DNA of 64,000 bases from Candidatus Ozemobacteraceae bacterium (GTDB taxonomy: Bacteria > Muiribacteriota > Ozemobacteria > Ozemobacterales > Ozemobacteraceae): assembly GCA_965140445.1 (NCBI GenBank), contig OZ223236.1, positions 1,536,001-1,600,000 on the forward strand, written 5' to 3'. The position numbers and the translations under genes were made by a program. Under the pieces are notes generated by a model. That model searched no databases. It saw only the letters and a program-made list of their open reading frames with translations, and was not told where the DNA came from. Numbering within the stretch: position 1 is the stretch's first letter; each line of letters opens with the position of its first letter. This document shows positions 1 to 10,008 of this stretch, one piece after another.

Positions 1-1
1 A

Positions 2-1123
2 TTGGAATTTTAAACCGGGTATAGCAACTTCTATGTGAGCAAGTTCAAGAGATTCTTCGATTCTCTTGATGCACTCTCCGCTCCATCCGTAGGTTCCGTA
101 TGCAGCACCAATTTTCTTCTGGAATCTTAGTCCGCGAAGTTCTTCCAGGAATGGGGCAAGTGAAGGCATTATCCCGTTGTTAAGGGTGGGGGAGCCTACG
201 ATTACCGCTTTGGTGGTAAGAATCTCTGTCATTACATCATTCAGGTCAGAAGCACCAGCTGAAAACATTTTATAGCTGACGCCTTCCTGGTCCAGTCCTC
301 GGCAAACGGCTTTAGCCATTTTTTCTGTGGAGCCCCAGATTGTATCGAAGATTACAACAGCAGAATCAGTTGTGACGCCAGCAGCCCATTCAAGGTACTT
401 ATTGATGATAACTTCTGGCTCTTTTCTCCATACCACGCCGTGTGCCGGGGCGATAATTTTTACTGGCCAGCCCAACCCCATGAATTCTTCAATCTTTCGA
501 ACAATTTGCTTGGAATAAGGGGTAAGGATGTTGGCGAAGTATTTTTCTGCTTCAAACCAAAGTCCCTGGCGATCAATTTGATCTGCGAAAAGCTGCGAGC
601 TGGCAAAATGCTGACCGAATGCATCGGCGGACATCAGGAGCTGTTGCTCTTCAACGTAGGTGAACATAGTATCTGGCCAATGAAGCATTTGAGCTTCAAA
701 GAATTTCAGATTGTATTTGCCGGTATTAAGAGTGTCACCGGTTTTTACTGTCTCAAGATTTTCTACATAATCAGGGTGATGCCTTGAAATGGAAATTTTG
801 CCACCCTTGCTGGAAATAATCTTTAAATTGGGGTTCTTAGCCATAAGCAGTGGCAGAGAACTGGCGTGATCTGGTTCTGCGTGATTTATGATTAAATAAT
901 CAAGCTCTGAAACAGGACAAATTTCTTCAATATTTTTTACAAAAGTATCAAAATGAGTGTATTTGACCAAATCAATTAAAATCTTTTTTTCATCGTCTAT
1001 CAGATAAGAATTGTAGCTTGTTCCGTGTCTGATGGATAATTCATGACCATGAAAATGTTCAATGCTCCATTCCAGAGCCCCTACCCAGTAAATATTTTCG
1101 CTGACTGGATGTTTCAATTTCAT
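2..1123 (-). CDS. fprA: FprA family A-type flavoprotein (flavodiiron protein), 3' end beyond window
   Basis: Not in the ORF track (open at window edge). Manual translation from ATG 1123 (AGGAGG upstream): MKLKHPVSENIYWVGALEWSIEHFHGHELSIRHGTSYNSYLIDDEKKILIDLVK; also HAEPDH, HWPD, PAHG and flavodoxin motifs DTIWGSTEKMA, VGSPTLN. Confidence 0.93.
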   Translation of the reverse strand, partial: MKLKHPVSENIYWVGALEWSIEHFHGHELSIRHGTSYNSYLIDDEKKILIDLVKYTHFDTFVKNIEEICPVSELDYLIINHAEPDHASSLPLLMAKNPNLKIISSKGGKISISRHHPDYVENLETVKTGDTLNTGKYNLKFFEAQMLHWPDTMFTYVEEQQLLMSADAFGQHFASSQLFADQIDRQGLWFEAEKYFANILTPYSKQIVRKIEEFMGLGWPVKIIAPAHGVVWRKEPEVIINKYLEWAAGVTTDSAVVIFDTIWGSTEKMAKAVCRGLDQEGVSYKMFSAGASDLNDVMTEILTTKAVIVGSPTLNNGIMPSLAPFLEELRGLRFQKKIGAAYGTYGWSGECIKRIEESLELAHIEVAIPGLKFQ

Positions 1124-1271
1124 GCCTCCTGTGAGTGTATACTATTTTGTTAACACTGAAAATCTAGCACAAAGTTGAATTTAGTCAAACATTATTGTAC
1201 ATTAAATGTATTGTTGACTTGTTATAACACTAAGTGTAGATTCAAATAAGACTGATCTGAAGGGGAACAAT

Positions 1272-2234
1272 ATGGGCTATCTTATAATTATGGTTTTATT
1301 GCTGGGAGCTTTCGTATTCTTTTATATGTTAAGTTTGTTTCCAGTCTCACTATACATAAAATGCATGTCGGCTGGTGTTCCCTGCACGCCTTTTCAGCTT
1401 ATTGCCATGCAGTTAAGAAAAGTTCCAACTTCTCAGATTATCGATTATTACGTAAAAGCAAGAAAAGCGGGATTGGGTGTAGAGCTTGACAGGCTGGAAG
1501 TCCATATGCTTTCTGGCGGAAACCTGGGAAATGTTATTCAGGCATTGATTAGTGCGAGCCGTTCTAATATCCCTCTGGATTTTGAAAAAGCTTCCGCAAT
1601 TGATTTGGCTGGTCGTGATGTAAGTGATGCAGTCAGAATGAGTGTACAACCTCGCGTTTTGAAGTCACCAAATATTCATGGTATTGCAAAAGACGGAATT
1701 GAATTGATCGCAAGAGCTAATATTACTGTTAGAGCTAATCTTAATACTATGGTTGGTGGAGCGGGCGAAGATACTGTTCTGGCAAGAGTTTGTGAGGGAA
1801 TTGTATCCGCAATGGGTTCAGCTGAAACTCACTCCATAGTTCTTAACAAGCCTGAGATGTTAACCAGAAAGATCATGGAAAAGGGTTTGGACTCAGGAAC
1901 AGCATTTGAAATTGTTTCATTGGATATTTCTGATATTGACGTAGGAAGAAATATTGGAGCCCATTTAAAGAATGATCAGGCAGTTGCAGACAAGAAAGTT
2001 GCTGAAGCAAAAGCTGAAGGCAGAAGAGCTCTGGCTGTAGCGCAGACTCAAGAAAATAAAGCTTCAGAACAGGAAGCTAGAGCTAAAGTTATTGAAGCAG
2101 AAATGAAAATCCCAATGTCACTTGCTGACAGTTTCAGAAAAGGCAAGATCATAGTAAAAAGAAAGAAAAAAGCCGGCCAGGAACAAAAGCCGGAAACGAA
2201 AACCGGGTTAGGATTCGGAGATGACCTTGGTTGA
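1272..2234 (+). CDS. floA: flotillin-like protein FloA (YqfA/UPF0365 family)
   Basis: N-terminal TM segment; LEVHMLSGGN, AIDLAGRDV, AKDGIELIARA, GLDSGTAFEIVSLDISDIDVG are characteristic of the family. Confidence 0.9.
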   Translation: MGYLIIMVLLLGAFVFFYMLSLFPVSLYIKCMSAGVPCTPFQLIAMQLRKVPTSQIIDYYVKARKAGLGVELDRLEVHMLSGGNLGNVIQALISASRSNIPLDFEKASAIDLAGRDVSDAVRMSVQPRVLKSPNIHGIAKDGIELIARANITVRANLNTMVGGAGEDTVLARVCEGIVSAMGSAETHSIVLNKPEMLTRKIMEKGLDSGTAFEIVSLDISDIDVGRNIGAHLKNDQAVADKKVAEAKAEGRRALAVAQTQENKASEQEARAKVIEAEMKIPMSLADSFRKGKIIVKRKKKAGQEQKPETKTGLGFGDDLG

Positions 2235-2487
2235 TGATATTCCAGCTGTCTCCAGAGAACAGCTGGAAAAAATGAATCAGATTCATCGTCGGGAACTTCG
2301 GCAAATAAAGAATATGACGGAATTGCAGTTCCAGGCTTTTAAAAGGAATTTCTCCTTTGGGCATCTTGAAGGGATTTCAAAACCCGAGGCCAGCGAATTG
2401 CTTACGTCAATGATTGCATTGAATCTTAAGCTTTTAAATGATTGCCCTCCAAGTGATCAAGATCAATGTAGAGAGAGCAAAATCTAG
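2221..2487 (+). CDS. hypothetical protein
   Basis: 88-aa ORF overlapping floA stop, GGAG upstream. Confidence 0.6.
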   Translation: MTLVDDIPAVSREQLEKMNQIHRRELRQIKNMTELQFQAFKRNFSFGHLEGISKPEASELLTSMIALNLKLLNDCPPSDQDQCRESKI

Positions 2488-2491
2488 CGAT

Positions 2492-2851
2492 ATGTGGTAT
2501 TCGGAAAGCGAACGGCATCACTTTATCAGCTGTAGCAAGATTGTATATTTTTTTAAAATAGTCACTGAGATAGGCATATTATTAGCCTTTATCGGTGGCT
2601 TTTTTAGTTTGTTTCATGTGTTTCGATGCTTTTTAAACCATATGCCATTATCTGTTTGGGGTGGTCAGTTTCTTTTCTGGCTGGTGCTTGGCATTGTTTT
2701 TATTGTTTTAAACAAACTCTGCTGGATGCTTATTAGAAAGTGTGGCTTCCGATTTGATTATGTTCATGATCGGCCCGAGAAAAATGAAAATAGCTCCGGG
2801 AAGGAAGCTCAAGATGACTCAGAATCTGCAATGGATTCTGTTTCTGACTGA
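2492..2851 (+). CDS. hypothetical membrane protein (2 TM)
   Basis: ATG 4 nt after previous stop; two hydrophobic segments; followed by terminator. Confidence 0.6.
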   Translation: MWYSESERHHFISCSKIVYFFKIVTEIGILLAFIGGFFSLFHVFRCFLNHMPLSVWGGQFLFWLVLGIVFIVLNKLCWMLIRKCGFRFDYVHDRPEKNENSSGKEAQDDSESAMDSVSD

Positions 2852-2904
2852 TCAGTTCTGATTTTTTTTATTCCTGGCGGTTTATCGATTACTATACTTA
2901 AAAC

Positions 2905-2942
2905 AAAAAAAGCCCCTGAAAATTCTTTCAGGGGCTTTTTTT
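2905..2942. terminator. bidirectional intrinsic terminator
   Basis: A7-GCCCCTGAAA...TTTCAGGGGC-T7 between convergent genes. Confidence 0.9.
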
Positions 2943-2953
2943 AATATATTTTA

Positions 2954-4150
2954 CTATGGGGTGTTTGAAGCAACGGGAGTTGCTATTTCAGAAGATGTTG
3001 AAGCAGTTATTAAATTCTTTACTGCATTTTGAATTTTCGAGGTGTCTGGAGTCTGTTCACTTTCTGTTGCGGTAATGGTAGCTGTTCCTGAAGATAGTGG
3101 TTGTTCCATTACTTTTTGTGGTTTTAAATCACCGGTTTCTTTTGCATTGGCAATTTCTCTGTTGCTGGTCTGGAAAAGAATGACTGTATAAGCAAAGTAA
3201 ACCAGGAGCAGAAGAATTCCTTCGCCTCTAACTATTTTTAATCCCGTAGACATAATAGGTAGAACGCCAAGGCTCACAACTACCATCAGAGGTATATGGA
3301 TTCCGATCATGTTATCAGATACCCGCAGCACATTTCCCGCATCAGGAGCATTGAATGAACAGGCTACTGCTGCCAGGCCAATGATTCCGAGAATGTTAAA
3401 AATATTGGAACCGACAACGTTGCCAAGTGTGATGTCTGACTTTCCTTTTCTGGAGGCGGCAACTGAGGTAGCCAGCTCCGGAAGTGAAGTTCCAATGGCT
3501 ATTAGAGTTAGCGCTATGACTTCATCTGAAACCCCAACGCTTTTTGCTATGGCGGTAGCTCCTCTGACCAGAGCTTCTGCTCCAATTATTAAGCCAATCA
3601 GACCACCACCCATAATCATGAGGTTGGAGAAATTCGAGGTTTGTTTTGAAGTTTGAACATCGCCAAGAAGATCTTCTTCGAGCGCCTTTTTATCGGTTTC
3701 CTGATTTGCCCATTTGTAGCTTAAATAGTTGTAAAGGAAGAAAAGAGAGAGTAAAACCAGACCTTCATTTCTGGAAATAATTTGTTCGGTATGAGCCATC
3801 CACCATACTAGTGCGGCCGAACCAATCATTATGGGAACTTCCCGGCGGATTAGTTGCTTGGTGCAGGTTATGGGTTGAATGATGGCGGCAATTCCCAGGA
3901 TTAGTGCAGCATTCATTATGTTTGATCCAACTGCGTTACCCACGGAAATTTCTGGATTTCCTTTAAACGAAGCGCTAAGGCTGATAACCATTTCAGGAAG
4001 AGATGTTCCAAATGCTACGACAGTCAGGCCGATGACCATTGGGCTAATTCCCAGCTTTTCAGCAAGGTTTGAGGCTCCTTCAACCATCTTGTCTGCCGAA
4101 TATGAAAGTACAACAAAACCAATAATACAGAGTACAAAATTCAAAAGCAT
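2954..4150 (-). CDS. calcium/sodium antiporter (YrbG/CaCA family)
   Basis: Two alpha repeats GTSLPE...GNAVGSN and GTSLPEL...GNVVGSN; likely start ATG 4150 with AGGAG upstream. Confidence 0.93.
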   Translation of the reverse strand: MLLNFVLCIIGFVVLSYSADKMVEGASNLAEKLGISPMVIGLTVVAFGTSLPEMVISLSASFKGNPEISVGNAVGSNIMNAALILGIAAIIQPITCTKQLIRREVPIMIGSAALVWWMAHTEQIISRNEGLVLLSLFFLYNYLSYKWANQETDKKALEEDLLGDVQTSKQTSNFSNLMIMGGGLIGLIIGAEALVRGATAIAKSVGVSDEVIALTLIAIGTSLPELATSVAASRKGKSDITLGNVVGSNIFNILGIIGLAAVACSFNAPDAGNVLRVSDNMIGIHIPLMVVVSLGVLPIMSTGLKIVRGEGILLLLVYFAYTVILFQTSNREIANAKETGDLKPQKVMEQPLSSGTATITATESEQTPDTSKIQNAVKNLITASTSSEIATPVASNTP

Positions 4151-4261
4151 TTTTAGTAGCTGCTCCTGTCTAGAATCCAGATTTAAAACAATTCTAAGCA
4201 CCAGATCAATTTAAAGCAACAATTTTGTTTTATGGGGCAGGAGTCTTATTGTTTTTGAGTG

Positions 4262-4295
4262 AAAAAAAAAGACTCTGAATTTTCTTCAGAGTCTT
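4262..4295 (-). terminator. intrinsic terminator
   Basis: AAGACTCTGAA...TTCAGAGTCTT hairpin with A9 on the + strand. Confidence 0.75.
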
Positions 4296-4344
4296 GATTG
4301 AATTTTTTTAAACTATTTTCGCGAAAGTTTAAATTCCGGGTAGG

Positions 4345-4959
4345 TTAATTAATTTTTTCTGTTTTCAGGAGCTTAAATGCGCCTTTTTCGTGTTTAAAAA
4401 AGTAGAGGCCTGCAGATGCCTTCTGGCCAGCTTTGGTTGGGTAAATTTTTCCAAGGGCTCTAAGGCTGTTGTCTGCCAGAACAGTCATATCCTGACCGTT
4501 ATCCTGGGGCATGTCAGAGACCATGAAATCTCTGTGCATGCTGGCATCTTTGCTGTCAATAAACTTCATTGGTAGAAATTTGCGTTTTGCAGCATCAAAT
4601 TTGAAAACATATAAAGCACTTGAGGGGCCATAATAAGCGGCTGTAATAACTTCGGGGACTCCATCACCTGTGACGTCTTTAACGGTAAGGCTGGTTTTAT
4701 CATCCCCTACTGTAAAAAATTTGTCTTCAATACCAATTTCATTCATATCAAGAAGAGATTCTCCCGACTTTGATGAAATACGGATGCCAACGTTATTGTT
4801 TGCTTTATATTTTTCAACGCTAAGGTTTTCTCCGGAATCTTTTATGGTGAAAACTGCGCTTGATAAGATTTGTTTGTCATCTGATTGCTTTGCGGCAAGC
4901 GCAAAGTGTGTTGAAACTATTAAAGCGCCAATTATCAAAATTGTGAACAGTCTTTTCAT
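4345..4959 (-). CDS. secreted hypothetical protein with one FG-GAP-like motif
   Basis: Signal peptide MKRLFTILIIGALIVSTHFALA; DVTGDGVPEVI motif. Confidence 0.7.
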   Translation of the reverse strand: MKRLFTILIIGALIVSTHFALAAKQSDDKQILSSAVFTIKDSGENLSVEKYKANNNVGIRISSKSGESLLDMNEIGIEDKFFTVGDDKTSLTVKDVTGDGVPEVITAAYYGPSSALYVFKFDAAKRKFLPMKFIDSKDASMHRDFMVSDMPQDNGQDMTVLADNSLRALGKIYPTKAGQKASAGLYFFKHEKGAFKLLKTEKIN

Positions 4960-4976
4960 GATCGTTCTCCTAAATC

Positions 4977-5804
4977 CTAGTTGTTGTATTGGTAGAAGTT
5001 ATTGCTTCTCATGATGCTGATGAGCTTATTTGCATATTCAGGATCTGTTGCATAGCCAGCTCTTTGAAGTTCTCTTGCAAACTGGTCTGGATTGTTCCTG
5101 TTAGCCATTGCTTGAGAATATCTTGAGTTCTGTAACAGTCTACCATGATCTTCGATTGATTCGGCCCATGAATTGTATTTTCTGAATCTGTCATTTATGG
5201 TAACCATTCTTCCGTTCTGGTATTCCTGGGTTGGAACAGTTATTGAACCAGCAGGGCCACTTCCTTTTATGCCGAAAAGATTCTTGGCATCGCCAATTGA
5301 AGATCCACCCCAACCAGTTTCAAGGGCAGCCTGTGCAAGGACTATTGATGCCGGAACGCCAGTTCTTCTTTGTGATTCTCTTGCAACCGGACCAAAGAGT
5401 CGGCCAAATTCTGCTGGAGAAAGTCTTCCACCTTGATAATTGGCAAGAGCTGCTTCTGCTGCACTTGGAGAGGTTGAAGTACCTGTGCTTGTTGAAGTCT
5501 GGGTTGGAGTCTCTTGATCACCTGCGCTTGTTATCTGGGTCTGAGCATTGGTATTTGTATTATTCTCCGTTGGGGTTGTATTTGTTGTGGTATTGGTATT
5601 TGTATTCTGTGAAGGGAAGGCGCTGCTTATATCGTTTGCAGCTGTTTGAACTGTGCTGATAACCTGTTGAATTGCAGGGACTGCCTGCTGAATTCCCTGG
5701 GAAATCTGATTCACTACTTCCATGATTTTACTGGCGTCACAACCGGTGAGAAACATGGATGCTGTAAGAAGCATGAAAATAGATAGTTTTTTAAACCTTT
5801 GCAC
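4977..5804 (-). CDS. lipoprotein with C-terminal GH73 (FlgJ-like) glucosaminidase/muramidase domain
   Basis: GTG 5804 with GGAGGA; lipobox LTGC; T/N/S-rich linker; AQAALETGWG, NLFGIKG, FRKYNSWAESIEDH, GYATDPEYANKL. Confidence 0.9.
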   Translation of the reverse strand: MQRFKKLSIFMLLTASMFLTGCDASKIMEVVNQISQGIQQAVPAIQQVISTVQTAANDISSAFPSQNTNTNTTTNTTPTENNTNTNAQTQITSAGDQETPTQTSTSTGTSTSPSAAEAALANYQGGRLSPAEFGRLFGPVARESQRRTGVPASIVLAQAALETGWGGSSIGDAKNLFGIKGSGPAGSITVPTQEYQNGRMVTINDRFRKYNSWAESIEDHGRLLQNSRYSQAMANRNNPDQFARELQRAGYATDPEYANKLISIMRSNNFYQYNN

Positions 5805-5900
5805 GGTGATTCCTCCAAATTTTGAGAAATAAAATGTTTTCAATGAATTTATTCTTGATACTTTAAATACGCCTGTAATTTTAAAAAGTAACAAAAATTG

Positions 5901-5925
5901 AAAAAAGGCCTTTTCAGGCCTTTTT
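5901..5925 (-). terminator. intrinsic terminator
   Basis: A6-GGCCT...AGGCC-T5 hairpin. Confidence 0.6.
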
Positions 5926-5967
5926 GAATTTTAGCTTTTGCTTTTTGGTGTTATTTTCATTTTTTTA

Positions 5968-6444
5968 TCAGGCAAACATTTGTCTTGCCAATTTTACTGC
6001 CTGAATCTTCTTTTCCATTTCTTCTGCTTTTTGCGGATCTGCTTCAGTCTGAGCTTTTAGCTCAAGCTCAATAATGTTCTTGTCCAAGCCTTTTACAATG
6101 TCTTTTCCAAGGATTAGACGAAGTGGAAGCAGTATCAGTCTGATAAGAGAGACCATTTCAGGGGCGATTTCAAGCTTGTCCCCAGAATCCTTTTGATCCA
6201 GGTTTAAACTGAATACCTGTAGACTGTTTTTTATGCAAAACAGCTTAAAGGTCACCTGTTGAAAGTCTTTGTTATTATGGGTTAATTCCCAGGAGCCCTC
6301 TTCTATTTTTGATTCAAAGTCTCTGAAGTTCACGCAAATTCGAAATGGAATGAATTTACTGAGAACTGTAAGAAATATCTTAAAAGCGTATGCTTGTAAG
6401 ATAAATCTTAAGATGAATCTGAGAATTTTAAATGGATTAATCAT
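5968..6444 (-). CDS. hypothetical protein
   Basis: 158-aa ORF in operon-like arrangement with upstream gene. Confidence 0.6.
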   Translation of the reverse strand: MINPFKILRFILRFILQAYAFKIFLTVLSKFIPFRICVNFRDFESKIEEGSWELTHNNKDFQQVTFKLFCIKNSLQVFSLNLDQKDSGDKLEIAPEMVSLIRLILLPLRLILGKDIVKGLDKNIIELELKAQTEADPQKAEEMEKKIQAVKLARQMFA

Positions 6445-6458
6445 CGCTTAACAATTGA

Positions 6459-7172
6459 TTAGAAAGCTACTGAGAGTCCTACCCAATGTTCATGAGCTTT
6501 TCCAGGGTTTACTTCTTTAAGCAAAACCCAGGTGTGGCTGTAGAAAGGTGTAAAAGTAAATTTTCCAGAAGTCATTGGGAAAGCAAGGGTCATATTGAAA
6601 TCACTGAATCCAGAAGCACTGACCCATTGTTTTTGGTTGTAGCCAATTGAAGAGCTGATTTCCATATTGTTGGATTTTGAAAGTTTAATTTCTTTCGAAA
6701 GCTTAAGTTGGCCATAAAAACCGTTCCCGTTTTTGAAATCCTGATAAAGAGAGATTTCCGGGTTGAGGTCACAATTTTGCCATGCCAGTGTTACATATGT
6801 TTCCATGGAAGTGTTTTTCTTGTGACTGAAGTCTTTTGCCCAATACCAGCCATAGTGTATTAAACCAGCTGATACAGCGATAGAGCCTGTTACTGGAAAA
6901 TCATAGTTGAAAGTAAGGTCTAATTCATTGAGATCTTTATCTTTTTTTGAAAGGCTCATCCATGCGTTTACTGACCAGTTGCTGTTTGGAAACTGATAGT
7001 TGGCTGATGGCTGAATGACAAATTGATTATTCGGGTTAAGGTCAAAACCTCTCCAAATATAGCGTGAGGCATAATCTAACTGATAGTCGACTTTTGCCTG
7101 GGCGGTAACCGCACTAAATAAGAAAACAAAAAGAAAAATTCCAGCTACAACCAAATAACTGTTTCTGTGCAT
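6459..7172 (-). CDS. TorF/Gcw_chp-like outer-membrane beta-barrel protein
   Basis: Start ATG 7172 with GAGGA; signal peptide; SRYIWRGFD, IQPS, ELDL; terminal aromatic residue (GLSVAF). Confidence 0.7.
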   Translation of the reverse strand: MHRNSYLVVAGIFLFVFLFSAVTAQAKVDYQLDYASRYIWRGFDLNPNNQFVIQPSANYQFPNSNWSVNAWMSLSKKDKDLNELDLTFNYDFPVTGSIAVSAGLIHYGWYWAKDFSHKKNTSMETYVTLAWQNCDLNPEISLYQDFKNGNGFYGQLKLSKEIKLSKSNNMEISSSIGYNQKQWVSASGFSDFNMTLAFPMTSGKFTFTPFYSHTWVLLKEVNPGKAHEHWVGLSVAF

Positions 7173-7330
7173 GAAATACTCCTCTATCCACTTTATAAGT
7201 TTGAATAAACCAAAGAATTTCAGCAATTATACAACAATTTTTCCAGTTTACCTAAAAAATTACCGTTGCCATTCTGGGTTTAATTTCAAACTCAATCGCA
7301 AAAGCATTTAAGGGAAATTTTAACTTGAGC

Positions 7331-7363
7331 AAAAAAAAACAGCTCTGCAATAGCGCAGAGCTG
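7331..7363 (-). terminator. intrinsic terminator
   Basis: A9-CAGCTCTGC...GCAGAGCTG. Confidence 0.8.
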
Positions 7364-7371
7364 AGATTTCT

Positions 7372-9468
7372 TTATTTGGATTCTTCAGCTTGTGGCAAAG
7401 TGGGAGGGATTGCTTTATCCTGGTCGGGTTGGTTTGGGTTATCGGACTGGGAAGGCTGATCCGGCTGGTCCGCGTAGACTCCAATTTTTCCCATTTGTGT
7501 TTTGAGCTTAAAGATAGGTGAGTTTTCATCTTTGGCAACTGAAGAAAATTCATTTTTAATTTTACCCATCTGCGTAGATGCTCTTATTTCAGGATTGCAA
7601 TTAGCTGGCAGACTTATTTTTACAGATCCAACCTGTGAAGATAGTGTACAGTCGAAGTTGGGAAGAACTTTCTCAGCGGAAAACTTCACTGATCCGGTTT
7701 GAGTTTTACCGGTTAACTTGTTTCCAGTACAATTCGTTATCCGGATTCCACCAACCTGAGTGTCAATGTTAGAGTTTGAAAAGGTTGTTTCATCCAGACT
7801 AACTTTTCCCACATCTGATTCCAGTTTAAGGGTGTCTACTTTGCTGTTAGATAGCTCAACATGCCCAACTCTTGTTCTTGCGTTAAGATTTTTTCCCTGA
7901 ATATCCCGTAGCTCTACATAGCCAACGTTTGAATAGATTTCTGCAGAATCAAAAATTAGACTTCGCCCTGTAAATCTGCCCACATCAAGTTTGAAATTAC
8001 AATCTTTGACCTTCATTCTGCTGGCATCAATATAACCATCGTGGATATCCACATTTACCAGAGGGGAAGAAATATCTCTTAAAGTAAGGTTTCCGCGATC
8101 GATTTTTAAATTAAGTGGTTGATTTATATTGGCGAAGAGAACCTCGCCAGACCTGTTACTTTCGTCGGTGAAGTTGCACTCTAATTTGTGGTTTTCCGGT
8201 ATATAAACATTTAGTTCAAGCTCCTGAGAAGGATAAAACCACCATCCATAATCAAGCAGTTCGCACTCTATTTTAAGTTCCCCATTTGGAGTGACTTTTT
8301 GACTTACTTTTATCTTATCAGCGTTTTCTGAACTTCTTTCAGTGTTAAAACCTCTGGCCCGTTTAACCGTTTCTACTTTGATGTCTTTTAAGCTCGAATC
8401 AGAGAATACTTGAACAATTTTGTTTGCCCATATTGCATTCTCCTTGGAAAATTCAATGGCGAGTTTATTTATTGAATCAGCTTTGTAGGTAAGCATTCCC
8501 GTCGTGTAAGACTTGGTTTTAGTGCCGATTTTATAGACTCCAAAAAGAACTCCCTGCATGGAGATTGAGAAAATTGCTACGAGGATCAATAGCCTTTTGG
8601 TATTTAGACTCAGGATCGTTCGCTTAAAGAGCAGACCCGTTGAAAAGTTTACCAGGACGGTTATAAAGCAAGCTCCTATAAGAAAGTTCGCTATTCCTGA
8701 CAAAAGTCCTGGGAGGCCAATAACATAATATGCCCAAAGGTCTCCTGAAGGCATTCCAGTGATGCCAAATTCATACATTAATTTGGAAAAACCAGCTAGA
8801 GAGATAACTCCAAGTGCAAAACACAGAGGTAGTATGGCAAATACGATTATTGCAGCTTTTACTCCGGTTTCAAGAACTCTGATTGCCATGCTGGAGCTGT
8901 TTTGATTGTCTCCGTTCATTTCTTCTACAGGGATCAAAAAACCAATTATAAAGTATGCAACTAAACCTATTCCTGAGAACATAAACAGCAAGCGAACCAG
9001 AAGTGGTGAAATCCCCCAATATTCCCCGATACCTCCGCAGACTCCCATTAACCAGGCGTTTTTTCGTGATCTTCGGAATGGAGGACGACGAAACTTGTGT
9101 TTCCAGCTCTCTTTTTGTGAGTTCTCTGCTTTTGGGGAATCAGATGTATCTTTTTCTGCAGATTGAGCGGTTTCGACAAGCTCTTTCTCATAAATGTTGT
9201 CAGAAAGACTTTCTATGAGCTCTTCTTTTGAACCCAGAGAACAAAGAAGCTCCATCATTATTTGAGCGTCAATTTCGGTAACTTTAAGTTTGTCCAACTC
9301 TTCTCTGATAGCTATGGAAAGATGTTCAACCAGGGAAGCGAAAAAATCTTCCTGAGTTTCAGCTGGAATGGCATTTTTTTCGGCCAGGATCTTTAATGAA
9401 TCAAAATAGTTTTCTGCTACCATTTTGGCTTCTTTGGTAATTTCTGAAATGCTTAGTAAAACTTTCAT
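7372..9468 (-). CDS. PspC domain membrane protein with C-terminal DUF4097 (adhesin-like beta-solenoid)
   Basis: RRSRKNAWLMGVCGGIGEYWGISPLLVRLLF is the PspC motif; repeated S/T-x-VG-x-V/I strands in the C-terminal half. Confidence 0.85.
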   Translation of the reverse strand: MKVLLSISEITKEAKMVAENYFDSLKILAEKNAIPAETQEDFFASLVEHLSIAIREELDKLKVTEIDAQIMMELLCSLGSKEELIESLSDNIYEKELVETAQSAEKDTSDSPKAENSQKESWKHKFRRPPFRRSRKNAWLMGVCGGIGEYWGISPLLVRLLFMFSGIGLVAYFIIGFLIPVEEMNGDNQNSSSMAIRVLETGVKAAIIVFAILPLCFALGVISLAGFSKLMYEFGITGMPSGDLWAYYVIGLPGLLSGIANFLIGACFITVLVNFSTGLLFKRTILSLNTKRLLILVAIFSISMQGVLFGVYKIGTKTKSYTTGMLTYKADSINKLAIEFSKENAIWANKIVQVFSDSSLKDIKVETVKRARGFNTERSSENADKIKVSQKVTPNGELKIECELLDYGWWFYPSQELELNVYIPENHKLECNFTDESNRSGEVLFANINQPLNLKIDRGNLTLRDISSPLVNVDIHDGYIDASRMKVKDCNFKLDVGRFTGRSLIFDSAEIYSNVGYVELRDIQGKNLNARTRVGHVELSNSKVDTLKLESDVGKVSLDETTFSNSNIDTQVGGIRITNCTGNKLTGKTQTGSVKFSAEKVLPNFDCTLSSQVGSVKISLPANCNPEIRASTQMGKIKNEFSSVAKDENSPIFKLKTQMGKIGVYADQPDQPSQSDNPNQPDQDKAIPPTLPQAEESK

Positions 9469-9824
9469 TTATTCTCTCCCAGGATTTCGCTGATTTTGGT
9501 GTAGAAGCTTGTGAATTCATCTGAAAGAACCTGTAATTGCTCAATTCCTTCAGGGGTTATAAAAAAGTATTTTCGTGGTGGTCCCTTTGTTGATTCTTCC
9601 CATCTGTATGATATGGCCTCTTCTTTTTTTAGCCTGGAAAGTATCGGATAAACAGTCCCTTCGGCAATAATGATGCTATGTTCCTTGAGCCTCTCAACAA
9701 TGTTATAGCCATATCCTTCTTGTTGAGAAAGGATTTTGAGAATTGCCAGTTCAAGGACGCCTTTTCTCATTTGCTTAATTTTTTGATCAAGTGAAGCTTT
9801 CTTTTCGTCCATCGGGTTACTCAT
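9465..9824 (-). CDS. PadR family transcriptional regulator
   Basis: QMRKGVLELAIL, YGYNI, EGTVYPILSRL, WEESTKGPPRKYF. Confidence 0.95.
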   Translation of the reverse strand: MSNPMDEKKASLDQKIKQMRKGVLELAILKILSQQEGYGYNIVERLKEHSIIIAEGTVYPILSRLKKEEAISYRWEESTKGPPRKYFFITPEGIEQLQVLSDEFTSFYTKISEILGENK

Positions 9825-9862
9825 TTCGGTAATAATTTAAATTTAGTATTAAGTTTATATAG

Positions 9863-9896
9863 CTACTATGTAATAAAAAGTAGTTGTTTTTGTCAA
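9863..9896 (-). promoter_or_regulatory. padR promoter (-35 TTGACA) with overlapping palindrome CTACT-N11-AGTAG
   Basis: TTGACA on - strand at 9891-9896; inverted repeat 9863-9883. Confidence 0.6.
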
Positions 9897-9939
9897 GTAG
9901 TAAAAATATAAATTGGTTTTCTGAATTTCTGGGTAATAC

Positions 9940-9984
9940 AAAAAGCGTGCTGCTTAGCTAGCTAGCTTAAGAGCACGCTTTTTT
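9940..9984. terminator. intrinsic terminator
   Basis: AAAAAGCGTGCT...AGCACGCTTTTTT. Confidence 0.7.
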
Positions 9985-10008
9985 GAGATTAGAGCGGGTT
10001 AAGGAGTT

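Noticed and set aside
327..787. Short + strand ORFs in the track (327-518, 440-787)
   Set aside because: Antisense shadows of fprA, which the track missed because it is open at the window edge
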